DNA from: Rubripirellula sp. | GTDB lineage: Bacteria > Planctomycetota > Planctomycetia > Pirellulales > Pirellulaceae | Assembly (NCBI GenBank): GCA_965216875.1 | Contig: OZ244207.1 | Coordinates: forward strand, 5,376,001-5,440,000 | Direction: 5' to 3' | Length of the DNA stretch: 64,000 nucleotides | Shown: piece after piece, positions 58,750 to 64,000 of the stretch | How the letters are laid out: each line of letters opens with the position of its first letter | Numbering within the stretch: position 1 is the stretch's first letter | The notes under the pieces: generated by a model | What the model was told of the DNA's origin: nothing | The model's database searches: none | Seen by the model: only the letters and a program-made list of their open reading frames with translations | Made by a program: the position numbers and the translations under genes

Positions 58750-60219
58750 ATGAAACAAGCCGTCAAGATTAGCCGCGATTCTCTGTCTCGCCGCAACCTG
58801 ATGAAGTCCGCTGGCGGATGCGCTGCGCTAACCAGCACGTCGCTCCTGTCGACCATGTTCAACCTCTCGGCGACCAATGCCTTGATGGCTCAGGGAACAT
58901 CGATCAACGATTACAAAGCGATCGTTTGCTTGTTCCTGTTCGGTGGCAACGACTCGTACAACATGCTTTCGCCCACGACCGCTGGAGAGCGCGAAGCGTA
59001 TGTGACTGCGCGCGGCGGTCTGCACACCGAAGTCAACGGCGCACTTGGACTTGAACTCGATTCGCTGCATCAAATCACTGACGGCCCGTCGGGACGCACC
59101 TTCGGCATCCACAATTCGATGCCGGAAATGAAAACACTTTACGATGCTGGTGACCTAACGTTCCTGTGCAATGTCGGCAGTCTGGTCCGTCCAACCACCA
59201 TGGCCGACTATCAAGCACAGACGAATCTGCCACTTGGACTCTTTTCACACAGTGACCTGCAACAACACTGGATGACCTCGGTCCCACAAACGCGTTCGCA
59301 GGTCACCGGTTGGGCTGGCCGCATGGCGGACCTGTTGACCGCTTCGACGAATACCAACGACAGCATCTCGATGAACATTTCGTTGAACAACGTTAACATG
59401 CTGCAAACCGGCAACAGCGTCGTGCCTTACGTCGTGACCTCCGGCGGAGCCCAGGAAGTGGGCTGGTACGGACCAACGTGGACTCAGGCCGACATCTTTA
59501 CCACGCTGACTGACGATGTTCTGTCGCGCACCTATGGCAACTTGGTCGAAAAGACCTTTGCTCAAGGCAACCGCAACGCGCTCGACGCTGCGATCGCTTA
59601 CAACCAAGCGACGTCGCAAGTCACATCCGTCAACGACTTCTTCCCTGACGAAAACGATCCCAACACGCCAAATCCAACGTCGCTCCAGCAACAGATGCGA
59701 ATGGTGGCTCGCGCGATCGGCGCCAATCAAACGCTCGGTCATAAACGCCAAGTCTTTTTCGTCAGCCACTTTGGTTGGGACAATCATGACGAATTGATCA
59801 ACAACCAGAATTACAACTTGATGGTGGTCAGCCAGGCGCTCAAGAACTTCTATGACGCCATCGATGACCTCGGCCTTGGCAATGATGTCCTGACCTTCAC
59901 GGCGAGCGACTTTGCTCGAACACTCAATAGCAACGGCCAAGGCTCGGATCACGCTTGGGGCGGAAACCAAATCATCATGGGCGGTGGCGTCAACGGTGGC
60001 CGTATCTATGGCGACTATCCGTCGTCGCTGGCACCAGGCAACTCACTCGACCTCGGCCGTGGACGCTTGTTGCCAACGACAAGCGTCGACGAAATGTCGG
60101 CCGAAATCGCAATGTGGTATGGGGTCGGCAACAACCAAGATCTTGTCGATGTCTTGCCAAACATTCGAAGTTTCCCATCCGCCAACACCGGCACCCGTCC
60201 AATCGGATTCCTCAGCTAA
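58750..60219 (+). CDS. DUF1501 family protein with a Tat signal
   Basis: SRRNLMK, YKAIVCLFLFGGNDS, LFSHSD, GWDNH, SDFART, GSDHAWG. Confidence 0.9.
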   Translation: MKQAVKISRDSLSRRNLMKSAGGCAALTSTSLLSTMFNLSATNALMAQGTSINDYKAIVCLFLFGGNDSYNMLSPTTAGEREAYVTARGGLHTEVNGALGLELDSLHQITDGPSGRTFGIHNSMPEMKTLYDAGDLTFLCNVGSLVRPTTMADYQAQTNLPLGLFSHSDLQQHWMTSVPQTRSQVTGWAGRMADLLTASTNTNDSISMNISLNNVNMLQTGNSVVPYVVTSGGAQEVGWYGPTWTQADIFTTLTDDVLSRTYGNLVEKTFAQGNRNALDAAIAYNQATSQVTSVNDFFPDENDPNTPNPTSLQQQMRMVARAIGANQTLGHKRQVFFVSHFGWDNHDELINNQNYNLMVVSQALKNFYDAIDDLGLGNDVLTFTASDFARTLNSNGQGSDHAWGGNQIIMGGGVNGGRIYGDYPSSLAPGNSLDLGRGRLLPTTSVDEMSAEIAMWYGVGNNQDLVDVLPNIRSFPSANTGTRPIGFLS

Positions 60220-60269
60220 AGCAAACCGGGGCAGGGCAGGGGACCCAACCAAAATCAAGCGAGCCCCTC

Positions 60270-60491
60270 ATCGCCATCGCCCCCATCTCTCTCCCGTCCT
60301 TCTTTCTCTCCCCTCCATCTTTCTCTCCGCTATTCTTCCGCCCCTCTTCCCGCGCACCCTTTTTCTGCCCCACATCTTTTTGCCTCTTCTTTCTGTGCGC
60401 ATCCTCAAGAGCAGAATCACCTAACCGCTACCTACCCCATCTTTCTGCCCACCATTTTTCTGTCCCTCTTCACGCGCACTATTCTCTTCCC
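60270..60491. repeat. Pyrimidine-rich degenerate short repeats
   Basis: CCATCTTTCT(G/C)(C/T)C-like units, e.g. CCCCATCTTTCTGCCCACCATTTTTCTGTC; very few G. Confidence 0.65.
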
Positions 60492-60502
60492 GCGGGCCTT
60501 CG

Positions 60503-61408
60503 CTAGTCGAGCAGATCATCACGCAGCCGTTCACCTCCGCTCGGTGTGACCAATGCGCGAAACGTTTGCGTGTCAGTGGTGATTGGCAAGAAGTGGCCGC
60601 GTCCATCAACGGTCGCCATCATCGCACCGTCGTCGATCAATCCGCCTGGTTCAACGCCCACTGTGCCACCGACATTGCCGACCATTTTTGCAAAATCCAA
60701 ATCCATCGGTTCGGTCCACATGCGCGACGGCACCAATGGCTTGCCTTCGATCACAAGAATCGTCTGGCCCGGATCGTCGACCACCGCGTTGGGGCCGAGC
60801 GGTTTTGCTTTGGGCGGAAAGAGTGTCCCCGTACCCACGATGTAGAAATACGCTGTCTCTGAATACATCCCTTGCGCGGTCGCATCGGGATGTTTGAACA
60901 CCGACGGCGGGTTGTAGGCGACCGACATATTCTCGGGATCATCCCAAGACACATCGAGTTTGAATTGGTTGTAGAGCTCTTCCTCACCCAGGTATGGCAA
61001 AATCAACACGCGCCATGAATGGAGTTTTTGTCCGTTCGCCGCTCGAGTAAAGGGCGGCGGATAGGTTCCGAAGTCAGCCGCGTAGGCGTTGAGCGCCTTG
61101 GCGATCTTTTCCAGGTTGCTCTTGGAGGCCGCTTTGATTCGGTTCGTATTGAACCGATTCATGGTGTCCCCGCCATACTTGGCCGCCGCAAAAATAAAGC
61201 AGCCCAAGAGGATCACGGCGACCAAAGAGGCGACGATCCATCGCAACGACTTCACGCCATCTTGAGGCGCGCTCGCATGGCTTGTTCCGGAAAACTCTGG
61301 AAGCTGAATCTCGCCTCCGCACGAGACGCATTGACCAGCCTGGCCACTGAAACGATCCTCAACCTGAGTCTTTGTTTGGCAGTGGGGGCAAGTGAACAAG
61401 TACGGCAT
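60503..61408 (-). CDS. Zn-ribbon + TM + DUF1559-domain protein
   Basis: CPHC..CVSC; NLEKIAKALNAY; HSWRVLILPYL; WTEP. Confidence 0.88.
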   Translation of the reverse strand: MPYLFTCPHCQTKTQVEDRFSGQAGQCVSCGGEIQLPEFSGTSHASAPQDGVKSLRWIVASLVAVILLGCFIFAAAKYGGDTMNRFNTNRIKAASKSNLEKIAKALNAYAADFGTYPPPFTRAANGQKLHSWRVLILPYLGEEELYNQFKLDVSWDDPENMSVAYNPPSVFKHPDATAQGMYSETAYFYIVGTGTLFPPKAKPLGPNAVVDDPGQTILVIEGKPLVPSRMWTEPMDLDFAKMVGNVGGTVGVEPGGLIDDGAMMATVDGRGHFLPITTDTQTFRALVTPSGGERLRDDLLD

Positions 61409-61562
61409 GTTTCCGAAGCGTCCTAACCAAGAAAAAAGAACACGATCTTTGCGTTCGACCGGCTCGTGAAGATCCCCATATGGTGCAGGGCAGGGGAGTG
61501 GGTATTTTATCAGGCCTGTCCTTGCGATTCATTCTATCAACATTCATTGGGGAAACTGACCG

Positions 61563-62000
61563 GTGCGAGTCGTCCTTCAGCGTGTTCTCAGTGCCCAAGT
61601 CGAAGTGAACGGCAAGGTGGTTGGCCAAATCGACGGCGGCCTATTGGCACTCGTCGGGATTGGTCACGACGATGGACCGGAACAAGTCGAGTGGATGGCG
61701 GGCAAAACCGCCGAGCTGCGCATCTTTGAAGACGACGCTGGAAAGATGAACCGCAGCCTCCTCGACACCGGTGGCCAAGCTTTGGTGGTCAGTCAATTCA
61801 CGTTGTTGGGCGATTGCCGAAAAGGGAGACGTCCCGCCTTCACCGCGGCCGCGGCGCCCGAGCTGGCCAACGAACTCTATGAGATGTATTGCGATCGGCT
61901 CGCCGAGAGAGAGATCAAAGTCGAACGTGGCATCTTTGCTGCCGACATGCAGGTATCGCTCGTCAACGACGGCCCCGTCACGATGGTGATCGATCGCTAA
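61563..62000 (+). CDS. dtd: D-aminoacyl-tRNA deacylase
   Basis: MRVVLQRV, LRIFED, SQFTL, KGRRP, NDGPVT. Confidence 0.97.
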   Translation: MRVVLQRVLSAQVEVNGKVVGQIDGGLLALVGIGHDDGPEQVEWMAGKTAELRIFEDDAGKMNRSLLDTGGQALVVSQFTLLGDCRKGRRPAFTAAAAPELANELYEMYCDRLAEREIKVERGIFAADMQVSLVNDGPVTMVIDR

Positions 62001-62009
62001 CTTGTGTCA

Positions 62010-62735
62010 TTAGCGCCAAGGCATCAAACGCCGAAGCCCTTCGTGATCCTCGATCGGCTGAGCGATGTAGGGGCTGTCTAGTCGAGCGCGTTCGCGCACG
62101 CGATCAGTAATGGCGTGATCGCCAAAGGCAAAGTAGGCCAAGATAAAAAGCTTGGCGTAGACCGATACGTTGGCCAATGGATTGTTGCTGAAGAATTTAA
62201 GCGCGGTGCCGAAAGACTTTTTCAAACGAAAGCCCCGACTAACGTCGATGCTCCAAATCTCGTCCATCACCAGATGCGTCATGAAGCCGACGACAACCGC
62301 TGCGCTTTTGTAGATGCGAATTGACTCACTTGGACAAGGCATCACGAGGTAAGCAAGGAGTCCTGCGGAGACCGCTGCCGGGATGCTGTGCCACATACCG
62401 CGGTGCACGGTGTAGCGTTTGAAGAACTCGACTGCCACAAACCGGATAGCGATGTAGATCAACATCGCCGCAAGCGCCATCGCTTCGTGTGAGAGACCGA
62501 GGTCTCGAAAGCGATCGATCATCAGCATCGGGATGACCGCGGCGGCAAACATACTTGTTTCGCGAAGCGGGATCCCCGAATCACTGTCGAGGTCAGGCAA
62601 CATGCCACTGACTGCGCACAGACCTCCGGCAAGGATACCGCTCTCGAGAGACATCGATTGATAGGCGACGCCCCAATAGCCGTATCCGATCCCAACGATC
62701 GTGCTACCGGTAATGTGCGATTTAAAGTCAGCCAC
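62010..62735 (-). CDS. YdjM-like membrane metal-dependent hydrolase
   Basis: KSH, LPDLDS, HRGMWHS, THLVMD. Confidence 0.85.
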   Translation of the reverse strand: MADFKSHITGSTIVGIGYGYWGVAYQSMSLESGILAGGLCAVSGMLPDLDSDSGIPLRETSMFAAAVIPMLMIDRFRDLGLSHEAMALAAMLIYIAIRFVAVEFFKRYTVHRGMWHSIPAAVSAGLLAYLVMPCPSESIRIYKSAAVVVGFMTHLVMDEIWSIDVSRGFRLKKSFGTALKFFSNNPLANVSVYAKLFILAYFAFGDHAITDRVRERARLDSPYIAQPIEDHEGLRRLMPWR

Positions 62736-62856
62736 TTACGTCCGTTTTGCAAGCAAGCAGTGCAGGGCAGTGGAGTCGAGCGCAACAGCGCACTGTAAAA
62801 GACGTAAGTACGCCAAACCAAGCACCCCCGACAACCCCGCTCCCATTGCAAGCATT

Positions 62857-63005
62857 CCCAACAGGGGACAGGCACCCAACAGGGGACAGGCACCTCATGC
62901 AAGCATTCATCCAACCACCCTCACCTGTTTTGCCAGCAACCCATTCGTTTGATTCGTGCGATCCGTGGCTCCCTCTCATTCGTTTGATTCGCGCGATCCG
63001 TGGTC
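62857..63005. repeat. 2x18-bp tandem plus two orphan copies of the GxxExxY-flanking repeat
   Basis: CCCAACAGGGGACAGGCA twice (62857-62892); ATTCGTTTGATTCG(T/C)GCGATCCGTGG at 62943 and 62978. Confidence 0.8.
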
Positions 63006-63201
63006 TTAGTCCCCTCCACCTTCGATCGCCGTTGGTTCCGCGACCTTCAACGATTGGTCTTCGCTTGGGGGTTCGTCGACCGCTATACTCGCCGAACCGC
63101 TGTCACCAATCGGACCTTCACGGTTGTGTTGCTATCAAACGTGAAATCTCTCGTGGTGCAGACCCACCCAATCAATTCTCCTGACGTGCATGGATGCCCC
63201 C

Positions 63202-63927
63202 ATGGAGATTTACGACATCATCATGTTGATCGTCCTGATCGGCGCAATGATCTTTGGCGCTGTGAAAGGATTCGCGTGGCAACTTGCCTCAATCGCTTCG
63301 ATCGTTGTCAGCTACATTGTCGCGTACCGATTTCGCGAGCCGTTCAGCGAGTCGATTCAAGCCGAGCCGCCGTGGAATCGCTTCCTCGCGATGCTGATTC
63401 TGTACCTTGGCACATCGCTGGTGATCTGGGTTGCATTCCGCATGATCAGCGGCTCGATCGACCGGTTGAAATTGAAGGAGTTTGATCGGCAAGTCGGCGC
63501 AATGTTTGGGCTGGCCAAGGGAGCGTTGTATTGCGCCTTGATCACGCTTTTCGCCGTCACGCTGCTCGGCAACAAGACGCGTGACAAGATCGTCGCTAGC
63601 AAAAGCGGACGCTACATCGCCCAGGTGCTCGACCGCAGCGGCGCGGTCATGCCCCCAGAAATCCACCAAGTCATCGGACCCTATTTGGATCGCTTTCAAC
63701 AACGGTTTCACGAACCGAGTTCGACGTCGCCATCACAGGTCGTTCCTTGGATTGCAGGCGACCAGAATGGGCAAAGATCGTGGGACGGAGTCCCGCTTCC
63801 AAACGCCGATCAGTTGCGTGAATCGTTCCGCAATCAGCTACCACAAAACAGCCCGTTGCCAATCGATCCCGGCCAGTACGTTCCCCAGCAACAACCCAGC
63901 CAACCCCGCAGCTCATTTGGCTTCTAG
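63202..63927 (+). CDS. CvpA family membrane protein
   Basis: DIIMLIVL..GAVKGF..DRQVGAMFGLAKG; Pro/Gln-rich tail. Confidence 0.88.
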   Translation: MEIYDIIMLIVLIGAMIFGAVKGFAWQLASIASIVVSYIVAYRFREPFSESIQAEPPWNRFLAMLILYLGTSLVIWVAFRMISGSIDRLKLKEFDRQVGAMFGLAKGALYCALITLFAVTLLGNKTRDKIVASKSGRYIAQVLDRSGAVMPPEIHQVIGPYLDRFQQRFHEPSSTSPSQVVPWIAGDQNGQRSWDGVPLPNADQLRESFRNQLPQNSPLPIDPGQYVPQQQPSQPRSSFGF

Positions 63928-64000
63928 TGACCGCAGACGCGAACGTCGGGCAGTGGGACAAGCCAAACGCGAGAAACGCCTATTCCTATAGGTTTACGCA

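Overview
Bacterial chromosomal window, most likely from a planctomycete (Pirellulaceae-like). This is inferred from the LESRQLLA export motif, the DUF1559, DUF1501/DUF1800 and planctomycete cytochrome c proteins, and the ECF-sigma/Ser-Thr kinase pairs. The backbone is housekeeping: gatA-gatB, hisD-hisC-hisB, ltaE, dapB, thrC, lspA-hisN, ffh-rpsP-trmD-rplS, queC, ppk1, ribF, nnrD, larB, argG, dtd, cvpA. Main observations: (1) a four-gene cassette at 43226-51117 encoding an ECF sigma factor, a TPR Ser/Thr kinase, an exported degenerate metzincin whose acidic tail has 14 Tyr in 27 residues, and a TPR sulfotransferase 2 nt downstream, a candidate protein tyrosine-sulfation system; (2) a GxxExxY nuclease-like gene inside 32-bp inverted repeats, with orphan repeat copies 57 kb away; (3) a Y1/HUH tnpA sitting in the loop of one unit of a tandem ~185-bp palindrome array; (4) several REP-like families stacked in intergenic gaps; (5) a strand-polarised CAGGGCAGGGGAG KOPS-like motif. 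No rRNA, tRNA or CRISPR array was recognised. All family calls come from motif recognition by eye, not from database searches. Several start codons were moved from the ORF track to more plausible positions.
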